Counted from the stretch's first letter, positions 18,738-29,072 are shown. The stretch is DNA of 64,000 nucleotides from Candidatus Poribacteria bacterium (GCA_965214095.1 OZ243938.1:160001-224000), one strand, 5' to 3'. Numbers and translations: made by a program. Notes: generated by a model not told the origin, from the letters alone.

Positions 18738-19355
18738 GTGAAACTTATTGTTGGACTCGGTAATCCAGGTCTTCGCTATCAGAATACGAAACACAATGTC
18801 GGATTCAGAGTCATAGATGGATTCTACGACAAGTTTCTCTCGACTCAATCTGGTGGCTTTACTCATACCAAACGTGCAACATCAATATGTAATTCACTGA
18901 TCATGCAAACGAATCTACAAGAGACACCTATTATTTTTGCTAAGCCAATGACCTATATGAACAATAGCGGTTCTGCAGTCTCTGCTCTGGTTCGTAGATT
19001 TGATATCCAACTTTCAGACCTTCTGATTGTTTATGATGATGTGCATTTGGATATAGGTATGATAAGAATAAGAAGGAACGGAAGTGACGGTGGTCAAAAA
19101 GGTATGCAGTCTATTATCCGGCACTTAGGTACTATAGATTTTCCACGTTTGCGGATCGGTATTGGAGAACCCACATGTGACATTGTAGATTATGTGCTGT
19201 CAGAATTTACTAAAGAAGAAGAAACTACGATTGAACAAACGATGGATCGCTCAGTAGAAGCGATTGTAATTTACCTAAATGAAGGAATCCAGACTGCAAT
19301 GAATAAGTATAATGGTCGCTTGATAACATCAATGGCTGACACTTCTGAGGAGTAA
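18738..19355 (+). CDS. pth: Peptidyl-tRNA hydrolase
   Basis: LIVGLGNPG, TKHNVGF, KPMTYMNNSG, RLRIGIG. Confidence 0.95.
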   Translation: MKLIVGLGNPGLRYQNTKHNVGFRVIDGFYDKFLSTQSGGFTHTKRATSICNSLIMQTNLQETPIIFAKPMTYMNNSGSAVSALVRRFDIQLSDLLIVYDDVHLDIGMIRIRRNGSDGGQKGMQSIIRHLGTIDFPRLRIGIGEPTCDIVDYVLSEFTKEEETTIEQTMDRSVEAIVIYLNEGIQTAMNKYNGRLITSMADTSEE

Positions 19356-19358
19356 GTA

Positions 19359-20465
19359 ATGGATAAAAAATACCATATACAGAATGTAAATGACATACCC
19401 AGTCCTGTTCTTGTGGTATATCGTGATTTAGTTCAAAAAAATATAGAACATGCAATTAATACGGTTAATGGTGATGTATCCAAACTAAGACCCCATGCAA
19501 AAACTCACAAGACTACCGAGATCATTGAAATGGAACGGGAAGCAGGTATCCTCAAACATAAATGTGCAACTTTACGAGAAGCAGAAATGCTTGCACAGAA
19601 CGGTATTGAGGATATAGTAATTGCATATCAGATGGTAGGTCCAAATATCAATAGATTTCTATCGATTCAACAACAATATCCAGATGTAGATTTCAAGGTA
19701 ATCGTTGATCATATAGACGCAGTTACACAACTATCTGAAGCGGCAAAGAATCTCGGTTTGAATGTAAAAGTCATGCTTGATCTTGATGTGGGAATGAAAC
19801 GAACAGGTGTGCCAGTCGGCGATGATGCTGTCAAGATTTACGAAGCTATTGATCAGTCCGATGGGTTGGAACCGTGGGGTTTGCATGTCTACGATGGACA
19901 TATCCATGATATAGAAGTAATTGCTCGTACGAATGCCTGCAAAAAAAGTCTTTATCAAGTTGAAAAGATGCAAGACATGTTGTCAAAGATGGGACTCCCT
20001 GTACCTCTTGTCGTTATGGGAGGCACACCAACTTTCCCAATCTATGCCAAGACACCAGGAGTAGAAGCATCACCCGGTACATTTGTCTTTCACGACTACG
20101 GTTATGCGACTCATTTTCCTGACCTCGGTTTCATTCCTGCTGCTTTGTTATTAAGTAGAGTCATTAGTATACCCTCTTCAACCCGCTTCACACTTGATTT
20201 GGGACACAAAGCTATCGCAGCCGATCCTGATGGTGTTCGTGGCACAATACTGAATATTGACGATACCGAGGTAGATATGCAACATGAGGAACATTGGGCG
20301 ATAAATGTTCCTGATACTTCTCAGATACAGATTGGACAAGAAGTATATGTCTGTCCAACACATATATGTCCATCCGTTGCGTTGCATCCATTTTACTATG
20401 TGATAGATTCAGATGGATATTACCGAGAGACATGGGAAGTTACTGCACGAAATAGAAGTAGTTAA
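19359..20465 (+). CDS. D-threonine aldolase/DSD1-like PLP enzyme (fold III)
   Basis: LRPHAKTHK, KCAT, GMKRTG, HVYDGH, HEEH, PTHICP. Confidence 0.85.
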   Translation: MDKKYHIQNVNDIPSPVLVVYRDLVQKNIEHAINTVNGDVSKLRPHAKTHKTTEIIEMEREAGILKHKCATLREAEMLAQNGIEDIVIAYQMVGPNINRFLSIQQQYPDVDFKVIVDHIDAVTQLSEAAKNLGLNVKVMLDLDVGMKRTGVPVGDDAVKIYEAIDQSDGLEPWGLHVYDGHIHDIEVIARTNACKKSLYQVEKMQDMLSKMGLPVPLVVMGGTPTFPIYAKTPGVEASPGTFVFHDYGYATHFPDLGFIPAALLLSRVISIPSSTRFTLDLGHKAIAADPDGVRGTILNIDDTEVDMQHEEHWAINVPDTSQIQIGQEVYVCPTHICPSVALHPFYYVIDSDGYYRETWEVTARNRSS

Positions 20466-20543
20466 TAAATATAGTAGATTTTAGAATTAATTTGACGATG
20501 TGAACATGCAATGTTAGGATTCCTCTCCTACCAGTGAATGTCC

Positions 20544-20572
20544 GAGGCGCAATGAATTGCGCGACTACGAAC
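20544..20572 (-). repeat. GTAG-type REP-like palindrome (family A)
   Basis: GAGGCGCAATGAATTGCGCGACTACGAAC; identical at 58638-58666, inverted near-copy at 52274, degenerate copy at 4300. Confidence 0.85.
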
Positions 20573-20669
20573 ACCACAATTCCGAAGCAGATGTTCACTT
20601 AATTCTATCATTCACTATAATCAATAAATCCATGCTTTGTTGGTCACAATATTAACTGCTATCTTTGTG

Positions 20670-20921
20670 TTATTGCAGTTTGCCATCAATCCACAGTTCA
20701 TATTGAAAATCGAAAGTCCGTGGTAATATTCGGACTATACAAACTTGGTTTTCAATCTTGAAACGATGTTCATCTCCAAGATCCACGAATTTCGGTTTTC
20801 TTTCGTAAATCAATTCGTCATCAATCGATATTCGTATTCTATTACCAAACCAAACAAAACCATGTTCAACCTTTATTGTTTGTGCTGTTGCAGTTTCCAC
20901 TAACCACTTCTTAGTAACCAT
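20670..20921 (-). CDS. Small beta-sandwich protein resembling the FAIM1 domain
   Basis: GGAGG RBS; pattern W.V...IKVEHG..G.RI.I.ID...F...G..HRF...I.......YELWIDGK. Confidence 0.6.
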   Translation of the reverse strand: MVTKKWLVETATAQTIKVEHGFVWFGNRIRISIDDELIYERKPKFVDLGDEHRFKIENQVCIVRILPRTFDFQYELWIDGKLQ

Positions 20922-20975
20922 TTATGGTATGCCTCCTAAAACTAACTGGAAAGATTACACGATAGTGACCATGTT

Positions 20976-21089
20976 ATACCATTTCTATAAATGTTTATCC
21001 CATTATCATCTGTTAAGAATGTCTTGAAGGACTGCACAAACTGGCAGTTTGTGGTACAAAAATGCGGCGTTTTCTATTAGAAATGGTAT
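20976..21089. mobile_element. MITE-like unit with 12-bp terminal inverted repeats
   Basis: ATACCATTTCTA(20976-87)...TAGAAATGGTAT(21078-89), with internal hairpin CACAAACTG-G-CAGTTTGTG. Confidence 0.5.
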
Positions 21090-21118
21090 TATTTCTGGCT
21101 TGATTTAGACATAAAACA

Positions 21119-22168
21119 CTACAAATTCGCAATTGCATCAACCAATTTATCTGGTCCATACTTTACGACATCAGTTGCTGGCAATCCTAATTCTTTTTCT
21201 ATATCCTTAATTGCTTTGACAGTTTCCTCTTCTGATAGATCAAAACAGTTGAGCGCTATTCCAATTACCCTTGCAGGTTTGATAGGGGCAGCTAACATCT
21301 CATACTGTGCAACCATTTCGGTCAGAGAAGGCAAAGGTACTGTGTAACGTGCAACGGTATCGCGTGAGGGTTGATGGCAAAAGATCATCGCATCAGGCAT
21401 GCTGCCGTGTAGCAAACTCAACGTCACACCTGAATAACCCGGATGTACTAACGCACCTTGTCCTTCAACAATAAGCAGTTCGTGTTTCCTTGCTCCTTCA
21501 AGAACAATTTCTTCCGCTGCTCCTGCAGTAAAATCAGAAACTACCGCATCAATTGCAATTCCCCATCCCCACACCATAATCCCGTTCTGTCCCGTTGGAC
21601 AAAATTCAGCATTAAGTCCACGTGTCCTTGCTGCTTTGGTAATCTCTATACCAGATAGCATTTTCCCAACCCTACAATCCGAACCGACTGTGAGTATAAC
21701 GGTTGCATCTACTTCTGCGGCTTTGCAAGTAGCAACAGGAAGGTTCTCAGGAGGCTTTCTTGCATCCCACAGAACCACATTGTTCTTCGCTGCTAAATCC
21801 ACAAATTCGTCGTTTTCACTCAAGAAATGATGGAGACCACTCATAATGTGCAATCCACGACTGATTGCTTCACGAATAATTCCCTCCCATTCAGTAGGTA
21901 ATTCACCGCCAGGAGGTGCAATTCCGATTGCCAACATCGTCGGTTGTAAATGCATCACGTCTGCCAGATTCTTGACGACAGGAATTCCTTCGCCAATTTT
22001 AATGACTTCGCTGACATCTTTACTGGTATTTGTGCTATCAATCACAGCGACAACGTTATCTGGAAGATACCGCACTAATACGGTTGCAGTCTTGGATTCA
22101 AGAACGCCAAACGAACCTTCGGCAAGTATTACAATTTTATGTGATTTGGGGTTTATTTGTTTCATCAT
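21119..22168 (-). CDS. DUF1611 family protein (DgcN-like D-glutamate N-acetyltransferase family)
   Basis: KTA, GIAPPGG, SGLH, TVGSDCRVGKM, TGQNG, IDAVVSDF, VEGQG...HP.YSGV.LSLLHGS.PD. Confidence 0.85.
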   Translation of the reverse strand: MMKQINPKSHKIVILAEGSFGVLESKTATVLVRYLPDNVVAVIDSTNTSKDVSEVIKIGEGIPVVKNLADVMHLQPTMLAIGIAPPGGELPTEWEGIIREAISRGLHIMSGLHHFLSENDEFVDLAAKNNVVLWDARKPPENLPVATCKAAEVDATVILTVGSDCRVGKMLSGIEITKAARTRGLNAEFCPTGQNGIMVWGWGIAIDAVVSDFTAGAAEEIVLEGARKHELLIVEGQGALVHPGYSGVTLSLLHGSMPDAMIFCHQPSRDTVARYTVPLPSLTEMVAQYEMLAAPIKPARVIGIALNCFDLSEEETVKAIKDIEKELGLPATDVVKYGPDKLVDAIANL

Positions 22169-22201
22169 TATTAATTAGATTAACATATATCATCTGGTAT
22201 T

Positions 22202-23089
22202 TCAAGAATTTGGCAGGAATTGACGAAGGTGTCTACATCCTATTGCAAAACCCTCTAATCCCGGTGCGCCTCTATCTTCGTTTTCAACGCATAGAACATA
22301 GTCGTATCCAGATTCCATCAATGCTCCGATAATTGTTCCCCAATTCAATTGTCCTCTACCAGGAACTCTGTATTGCCACCACCAATTCCCGATTATCCCC
22401 TGCCGAAACAACATCCGTGGACTTATCTCACAATCCTTTACATCCGCATAATACCACTTTCCTTGAAACATACGAATTGCATCTTCAGCAGGCATAATCC
22501 CCATCCATAGCCAGTGTGATGGGTCACAAGATAAACCGAGATAATCGGATGGAATTGTGTCAAGGATACGTTCCCACATCTCTGGATTACATGCGATGTT
22601 TCCCATCCGCACCGCACAATCTAAAGCAAGTTTCACGTTCTTTTCCTCAGCGAATTTGACGACAGGTGTCCACATCTCTTTGAATCGGTCAATGAGTTCC
22701 ATAGAACGATCCCCTGGATTACCGGGTTCGGAAGAGAATTGCCCGTAAAAATGCCAACTTACAGGACTACCAGCATACGTAACAACCACTGGAATATCAA
22801 GGATATGGGCAGCTTCAATTGCTTTTAGGAGAGAATCCCGTGCGTTTTCACGTGTTTCTAAATCATCAACTAACAAGTTTGAATGTGCTGTTAATGCAGC
22901 GACGAAAATGTCCGTCTGCGATAAATATCTCTTGACTTCTTCTCCATCTGTTTGTATAATCTGCTTCGGATCAAAGAGTCCGCTTGCATTTGGTCGGATT
23001 GCGTCAAAATCGTTGGATTTTGCCCATTCTGTGCATTCTTCAAGACTCCAGGCACCACTGCCAACGGTTGTGCTAAAACTGATCTTCAT
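22202..23089 (-). CDS. Sugar phosphate isomerase/epimerase (AP endonuclease 2 TIM barrel)
   Basis: DPSHWLW, VKD, RVPGRGQLNW, YDYVLCVENED. Confidence 0.8.
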   Translation of the reverse strand: MKISFSTTVGSGAWSLEECTEWAKSNDFDAIRPNASGLFDPKQIIQTDGEEVKRYLSQTDIFVAALTAHSNLLVDDLETRENARDSLLKAIEAAHILDIPVVVTYAGSPVSWHFYGQFSSEPGNPGDRSMELIDRFKEMWTPVVKFAEEKNVKLALDCAVRMGNIACNPEMWERILDTIPSDYLGLSCDPSHWLWMGIMPAEDAIRMFQGKWYYADVKDCEISPRMLFRQGIIGNWWWQYRVPGRGQLNWGTIIGALMESGYDYVLCVENEDRGAPGLEGFAIGCRHLRQFLPNS

Positions 23090-23134
23090 TTTTAACCTCA
23101 CTATGAATTCAGGAATACTACCAATTATACAGAT

Positions 23135-23812
23135 ATGCGAATTGTTTGTGTAGAAAATCTTGACAAAAGACTACTTGAGCTATATCAGCAACTTCAGGCT
23201 GAGCATGGTAACCTTAGATGGTGGCCTGCTGATACACCATTTGAAGTTGCACTGGGTGCTATCCTTACACAAGCAACTGCTTGGCGGAACGTTGAGAAAG
23301 CACTTGATAATCTCAAAGCTGCAGATGCATTTACACCAGAACAGATCCATGCAATCAGTCAAGACGAGTTGGAGAAATTAGTTCACCCATCCGGATATTT
23401 TCGTATGAAAGCCAAGAAGGTACGTGCTTTTGTTAACCATATCGTTGAACGTCCAATGGCAGTCATGTTTGAACAAGATGTTCCGGAGTTACGAAAAGAA
23501 TTACTTTCTATTTACGGCGTTGGTCCAGAAACTGCAGATTCAATCATACTCTATGCAGCGGAAAAACCGAGTTTTGTTGTTGATACCTATACCTACAGAC
23601 TCATCAGTCGGTTAGGTTGGGTTGAAGGCAACTTCCACTATGAAAGACTGCGTACTCTATTTATGGACAACCTCCCTCATGATGTCAACCTGTTCAACGA
23701 ATATCACGCGCTAATTGTTCGTCATGGAGCAAGAGTGTGTCAGAAAACACCGGATTGTGAAGCATGTTGTCTACAAAGTCAATGCGATTTTTTTCAGGAT
23801 AGTTCTGGTTAA
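23135..23812 (+). CDS. Endonuclease III-related HhH-GPD DNA glycosylase
   Basis: WWPADTPFEV..GAILTQ, LLSIYGVGPETADSI, VVDTY, C-terminal Fe-S CX5CX2CX5C. Confidence 0.9.
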   Translation: MRIVCVENLDKRLLELYQQLQAEHGNLRWWPADTPFEVALGAILTQATAWRNVEKALDNLKAADAFTPEQIHAISQDELEKLVHPSGYFRMKAKKVRAFVNHIVERPMAVMFEQDVPELRKELLSIYGVGPETADSIILYAAEKPSFVVDTYTYRLISRLGWVEGNFHYERLRTLFMDNLPHDVNLFNEYHALIVRHGARVCQKTPDCEACCLQSQCDFFQDSSG

Positions 23813-23981
23813 ATCCTCCTTTATCTATACATACACATTTTATTATCACATAGAGATGTGTTTGTGATATAATACCCTCAATATGAAATTATATTTCTAA
23901 CAACCAGATTCAGATTGTATCTGTCTGGTGTTATGTTTTGGACTGAAATCCGTTTATTGCATAATATTAGGAGTGAATTTA

Positions 23982-24950
23982 ATGGCTAATAATCTACGTT
24001 TCGGTGTTGTCGGTTTAGGTATGGGTATGAATCGTGCAGGTGTTATTCATGGTACAGACGGTGCTGAACTTGTCGCTGTCGCAGACCTAAAACCAGAGCG
24101 ACGTAAAGCTGCTGAAGAAAAGTTTGAATGTGAAAGTCACGAAGATGCCCTTGAAATGTTTGACCGTGATGATATTGATGTTGCAATGATTATGACCCCC
24201 AGTGGATTGCATGGACATTTCGGTGAAGAAGCTGCACGTCGGGGAAAGCATGTAATTACCACGAAACCGATGGATGTCAGCGTTGAGAACTGCAATTCTC
24301 TTATCAAGACATGTGAAGACAACAATGTAAAACTGCTGGTTGACTTCAGTGAAAGATATGGTACTCAGAACAGACGTATCAAAGCTGCTTTGGATCAAGG
24401 AGCATTAGGTAGACCGCTCTTGTGTGAACTTCGTATGAAATGGAAACGTCCCGATAGTTATTATGTCGGTTGGCACGGCACATGGGAATTAGATGGCGGC
24501 GGTTCTATTATGAACCAAGGTGTACACTCCATTGACTTGATGTTGTGGTTAATGGGACCCGTCAAACGCGTGATCGGTGCCCACTATGATGTCTACGATC
24601 ATGAGAATTGTGAAACTGAAGATATGACCTCCGCAATTTTGGAGTTTGAAAACGGTGCATTGGGACATGTGCTAACAACTACGACCTATCCCGGTGGTAA
24701 TGTAACAATGATTCACATTCACGGTCAAACAGGGATTGTCGGCGTTGGTCCAGAAATTTGGCAGTTCCCTGAAGGCGAAGAACCTGAGATTGAACTTCCG
24801 CCTTATCCCGGAAGTGTAATTCAAGATGCAATCCGTGTTGTTAACGAGGATGCTACCCCTGCTGTTGATGGTTATGAAGGTAGACGTTCTGTTGAGCTCA
24901 ACATGGCTATCTATGAATGTGCGCGGACTGGTAAGGAAGTTACTCTGTAG
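23982..24950 (+). CDS. Gfo/Idh/MocA family oxidoreductase
   Basis: RFGVVGLGMG, TTKPM, DGGGSIMNQGVHSIDL. Confidence 0.9.
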   Translation: MANNLRFGVVGLGMGMNRAGVIHGTDGAELVAVADLKPERRKAAEEKFECESHEDALEMFDRDDIDVAMIMTPSGLHGHFGEEAARRGKHVITTKPMDVSVENCNSLIKTCEDNNVKLLVDFSERYGTQNRRIKAALDQGALGRPLLCELRMKWKRPDSYYVGWHGTWELDGGGSIMNQGVHSIDLMLWLMGPVKRVIGAHYDVYDHENCETEDMTSAILEFENGALGHVLTTTTYPGGNVTMIHIHGQTGIVGVGPEIWQFPEGEEPEIELPPYPGSVIQDAIRVVNEDATPAVDGYEGRRSVELNMAIYECARTGKEVTL

Positions 24951-24963
24951 ATCGCAAACTGAT

Positions 24964-25017
24964 GTTCTGTAGGTGTGCGTTTCTTATCGGCACTGTTGAG
25001 TAATCCACCTACAGAAC
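24964..25017. repeat. Inverted GTAG REP pair (REPIN-like hairpin) between convergent genes; possible terminator
   Basis: GTTCTGTAGGTG(24964-75) and CACCTACAGAAC(25006-17) form a perfect 12-bp inverted repeat. Confidence 0.65.
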
Positions 25018-25037
25018 CACCTAAAAGTTCTGTCAAA

Positions 25038-27716
25038 TCATGACTCATCCACTTTTGACTTCAGATCATATAATAAATTCACTGCATCAAGAGGTGTTAG
25101 TTGAGTGAGATCCAAGTTTCGTAATTCTTCCACAAGTGGGTGTGTTTTTGGTGTGAATAGTGCCATCTGCAGAGAATCGCTTTGCAAGGTTTTTCGTGTA
25201 ATCTGCCGTTGGGATCGTGGCATTTTCTGTGCAGATTTCTGTGGTTTCTCAGTGGATTCACCTGCTTCAACGCTGAGATTATGTTGCTCAAGAACTTCAA
25301 GAATCTGTTGTGCACGAGTGATCACTGGTTGGGGTAGACCAGCCAGTCTTGCCACGTGAATCCCATAACTCTGATCAGCACCACCTGGTACAACTTTTCG
25401 GAGAAAGGTTACTTTCTGTCCATCTTCATGCACTGCGACATTATAGTTCTTGGCACGTTTGTATTTGCTTGCCATTTCAACAAGTTCATGATAGTGGGTT
25501 GCGAATAAGGTTTTTGCCCCAATTTTTTTCTCATCTAATAGATATTCTGATACTGCCCATGCAATGCTGAGTCCATCAAATGTACTCGTCCCCCGTCCTA
25601 CCTCATCCAGAATAACAAGACTTTTTCTTGTTGCATTGTTGAGGATATTCGCGGTTTCGTTCATCTCCACGAGGAATGTGCTTTGTCCCATCACGAGATT
25701 ATCTGATGCCCCTACACGGGTGAATATCCTATCTACCAGACCGATTTTTGCTGCAGATGCAGGTACAAAGCAACCGATTTGTGCCATCAGGACAATCAGT
25801 GCTGTCTGACGCAAATAAGTACTTTTCCCACTCATATTTGGTCCAGTGATGATATGTAGTTGTTCATCATCGCAGTTCAAATTTGTATCGTTTGGGACAA
25901 AACCTTCTTGGATGTTTAATTGCTCTACTACTGGATGTCGTCCATCACGTATAATTATCTCCTCACTGTCTACTACAGTAGGTTTGACATAATTGTATTT
26001 TGAGGCACAAAATGCAAAACATGCAACAACATCAATCATTGCAATGCCTGATGAGATTTTTTGTATCTCCTCTGTATGTTCCGCTACTTGGTCACGTATT
26101 TCACAAAAGAGATCATATTCAAGTGTCTGTACCCGATCTTCTGCGTTTAGGACTTTTGCCTCCTGTTCTTTGAGTTCTGGTGTTATGAAACGTTCGGAGT
26201 TTGTTAAAGTTTGTTTCCGGAGATAATGTTCAGGTACCATGTTAAGATTTGGTTTTGTCACCTCAATATAGTAACCAAATACTTGATTAAATCCGATTTT
26301 CAATGATGAAATACCACTTCGTTTTCTTTCCTCTTCCTGTAGAGCAGCCATCCAATCTCTGCCTTGTCCAACAATCTGCCGTAATTCATCAAGTTCATCG
26401 TTATATCCGTCATTAATCATACCCCCATCACGAATAGTTGCTGGTGGGTCCGGATGAATCCCGTTTTCAATCATTTCTACTAACGATGACATTGGATTTA
26501 ATTCTGCATTATGTGATGATAATAGAGAGGATTCACAACTTTCAAGTTGTGCTTTAACATCTGGTAGCAGTGAAAGTGAATCCTTGAGTGAATGTAAATC
26601 TCGTCCATTAACTGACCCCAGACTGATACGTGTGATGAGACGTTCTATATCAGACATCTTACCCAGTGCATCACGCAATTCTTCTTGTCTGTTTATCTCA
26701 GTTTTGAGCTCATCAACCGATTCTAAACGTTCCTGTATTTCATCTTCATTTAGCAACGGTTGTAATAGACACTGTCGCACCTTTCTACCACCCATAGAGG
26801 TTACAGTCTGATCCAGCACTTCAAGCAATGTGCCTTTTTTAGAACCATCTCGGATAGATGCTGTCAGTTCGAGATTACGTTGTGTATCTGCATCCAACAC
26901 CATAAAATCTGATAAAGTGTATGTGTGTAGTGAGATGATATGTTGAACTTCCTGTTTCTGTGTTTCATGCAGATAATAGATGAGTGCACCTGCTGCACAG
27001 ATAGCAATGGGGAGATGTTCACAACCGAATCCATCAAGAGAAACAGTTTGGAAATGTTCAAGCAGTTCTGTTCTGGCAGAATCGTGGTCAAACCGCCAAT
27101 CAGGAAGATAATTAATCACAGCCTTCAGTTCAATCTTCAGTTGTTCAATCAATTCTTCATCTTCATAGGATTCTGAAAATAGAAATTCTTTCGGTGAAAA
27201 TCGGTGAATCTCTGCCAGTAGTCGTGAACGATCAGCGAGTTGCGTTACTTTGAATTCACCTGTGGAGAGATCAACAACGGCAATTCCATAAGTCTCTTTT
27301 TGGTGATAAATAGAGACAAGAAAGTTGTTAGATTTGTGTTCAAGGACTTTAGGGTCAGTGACAGTGCCGGGGGTGACGATACGGACAACATCGCGTTTTA
27401 CAAGACGGTTCTCATCGCGTGCAACTTTCGCGTCCTCTGTTTGGTCTAATATAGCAACTTTATGTCCAGCAGAAACTAATTTGTAAAGGTAAGAATCAAG
27501 TGCGTGATGTGGTATTCCTGCCATTGGTGGTGGTGGAGTTTTCTGATTCTTGTGGCTACGTTTGGTTAGCGCAATCTCAAGGAGTTGTGAGATTACCTCC
27601 GCATCCTCATAAAATGCTTCATAAAAATCACCGACACGACAAAGAAGGATAGCATCTTCATGCTGTTTTTTCACTTGTTTGTAAAGTTCCATCATTGAGA
27701 GTTCAGTCTTTGCCAT
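25038..27716 (-). CDS. mutS: DNA mismatch repair protein MutS
   Basis: RVGDFYEAF, ITGPNMSGKSTYLRQ, STFLVEM, DEVGRGTS, FATHYHEL, SYGIHVA. Confidence 0.97.
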   Translation of the reverse strand: MAKTELSMMELYKQVKKQHEDAILLCRVGDFYEAFYEDAEVISQLLEIALTKRSHKNQKTPPPPMAGIPHHALDSYLYKLVSAGHKVAILDQTEDAKVARDENRLVKRDVVRIVTPGTVTDPKVLEHKSNNFLVSIYHQKETYGIAVVDLSTGEFKVTQLADRSRLLAEIHRFSPKEFLFSESYEDEELIEQLKIELKAVINYLPDWRFDHDSARTELLEHFQTVSLDGFGCEHLPIAICAAGALIYYLHETQKQEVQHIISLHTYTLSDFMVLDADTQRNLELTASIRDGSKKGTLLEVLDQTVTSMGGRKVRQCLLQPLLNEDEIQERLESVDELKTEINRQEELRDALGKMSDIERLITRISLGSVNGRDLHSLKDSLSLLPDVKAQLESCESSLLSSHNAELNPMSSLVEMIENGIHPDPPATIRDGGMINDGYNDELDELRQIVGQGRDWMAALQEEERKRSGISSLKIGFNQVFGYYIEVTKPNLNMVPEHYLRKQTLTNSERFITPELKEQEAKVLNAEDRVQTLEYDLFCEIRDQVAEHTEEIQKISSGIAMIDVVACFAFCASKYNYVKPTVVDSEEIIIRDGRHPVVEQLNIQEGFVPNDTNLNCDDEQLHIITGPNMSGKSTYLRQTALIVLMAQIGCFVPASAAKIGLVDRIFTRVGASDNLVMGQSTFLVEMNETANILNNATRKSLVILDEVGRGTSTFDGLSIAWAVSEYLLDEKKIGAKTLFATHYHELVEMASKYKRAKNYNVAVHEDGQKVTFLRKVVPGGADQSYGIHVARLAGLPQPVITRAQQILEVLEQHNLSVEAGESTEKPQKSAQKMPRSQRQITRKTLQSDSLQMALFTPKTHPLVEELRNLDLTQLTPLDAVNLLYDLKSKVDES

Positions 27717-27773
27717 GTGGATGTCCTTGTTTGTTGTCTGAGATAATTTTCTGTAATATTTAATTGTCTTTAT

Positions 27774-27816
27774 ATCTTATCATAGACATTTCAATATGTC
27801 AAATATTATGTCTATG
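27774..27816 (-). promoter_or_regulatory. mutS promoter overlapped by an inverted repeat
   Basis: Minus strand TTGACA(27802-797)-17 nt-TAAGAT with TGn; CATAGACAT/ATGTCTATG inverted repeat around the -35. Confidence 0.55.
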
Positions 27817-27990
27817 TAGAGACAACCAAATGCCACCAAGGTGCATTGTTAGCGTGATTTCTAAGCACGATATTCAAATCTCAGCAGTTCATTGGCACTG
27901 AAATTTTCAATAATCTGCAATGTGATATTTTGATATAATATGATAATAACTATCTTTATGAACTTACTGAAAATTTGAAAGGAGGATATT

Positions 27991-29025
27991 ATGAACAACT
28001 ATAGAACAGCCATCGTTGGGGGAAGACGTGGTGTGCATCACGCAAAGTGTTATGAAGGTATTGAAAACATGAAGGTCATCGCAATCTGTGAAATTGATCA
28101 GAATAGACTCAAGAATGCTGCGAATGAATTGAATGTTACGGGATATACAGATTACGAAGAGATGTTAAAGACTGAAAAACCTGACATTGTTCATGCGGTT
28201 ACAGTTCCAACAGTGCCGCGGCATATATGGGTTGAACCTGCGGCGGATGCAGGCGTTAAAGCTTTAGTCATAGAAAAACCGATTGCACTTAGACCTCGTG
28301 ATTCTGAACTACTTGCTGCAGCACATGAGAAAACAGGCATAAAAATCATTGTCAATCATCAACGTAGATATCTACCTTTTGCTGAAAAACTGCTGGAATT
28401 TTTTGAGGAAGATAGTCTTGGAGATATCCATTTTATCCGTGCTTGCTCAGAATGTATGATCACGGATATGGTGACGCATTTAATGGATCTTGTGCTATTT
28501 GCTCTAAAAGATATACCTATTACACATGTATGGGGAGCGGTTCAAGGTGGTGAAACATATCAAGATCCGATTCTTGATTGTCCTGATGATATGATTGCTC
28601 AATATACGTTTGAAAATGGGGCGCGAGTATTTTTTGAATCTGCCAGAAAAGCGTTTGGCACTTCTGACTTTCCCGGTAGCAATCCTCGTTGTAACATTGA
28701 TTTATGGGCAACGAAAGGTCGTATGTGGTGGCGTGAAAATGGGTCATGGGGGTATCATCTTGAAGGTATGTCGCATCCGTTTGAAGAAGCAACCAATTTT
28801 GGCATTGATGATCGATATGGACAGCGTGCATTTACACAAGCCGTTGCTACATGGTTAGATGATGAAAATCAACCCCATCTAAATCGGATTGAATATGCAT
28901 TATTAGGTTTTGATTTGATTATGGCTGCCTATCGTTCAGCACTCATAGGTGAAAGAATTGCATATCCACCGAAACTCTCTGATGAGGAATGGGTTGAGCT
29001 GAAGAAACGTTTGACAGGAAAATAA
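27991..29025 (+). CDS. Gfo/Idh/MocA family oxidoreductase
   Basis: YRTAIVGGRRG, IEKPIA, VNHQRRY. Confidence 0.88.
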   Translation: MNNYRTAIVGGRRGVHHAKCYEGIENMKVIAICEIDQNRLKNAANELNVTGYTDYEEMLKTEKPDIVHAVTVPTVPRHIWVEPAADAGVKALVIEKPIALRPRDSELLAAAHEKTGIKIIVNHQRRYLPFAEKLLEFFEEDSLGDIHFIRACSECMITDMVTHLMDLVLFALKDIPITHVWGAVQGGETYQDPILDCPDDMIAQYTFENGARVFFESARKAFGTSDFPGSNPRCNIDLWATKGRMWWRENGSWGYHLEGMSHPFEEATNFGIDDRYGQRAFTQAVATWLDDENQPHLNRIEYALLGFDLIMAAYRSALIGERIAYPPKLSDEEWVELKKRLTGK

Positions 29026-29030
29026 TGTAA

Positions 29031-29072
29031 TTGTCTGAACCAGAAAGAGGCGGCACGGAGACCCCGCCTACA
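29031..29072 (-). repeat. Composite REP-like repeat
   Basis: TTGTCTGAACCAG is the reverse complement of 4362-4374; AGGCGG...CCCGCCTACA is related to 4263-4288. Confidence 0.6.
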
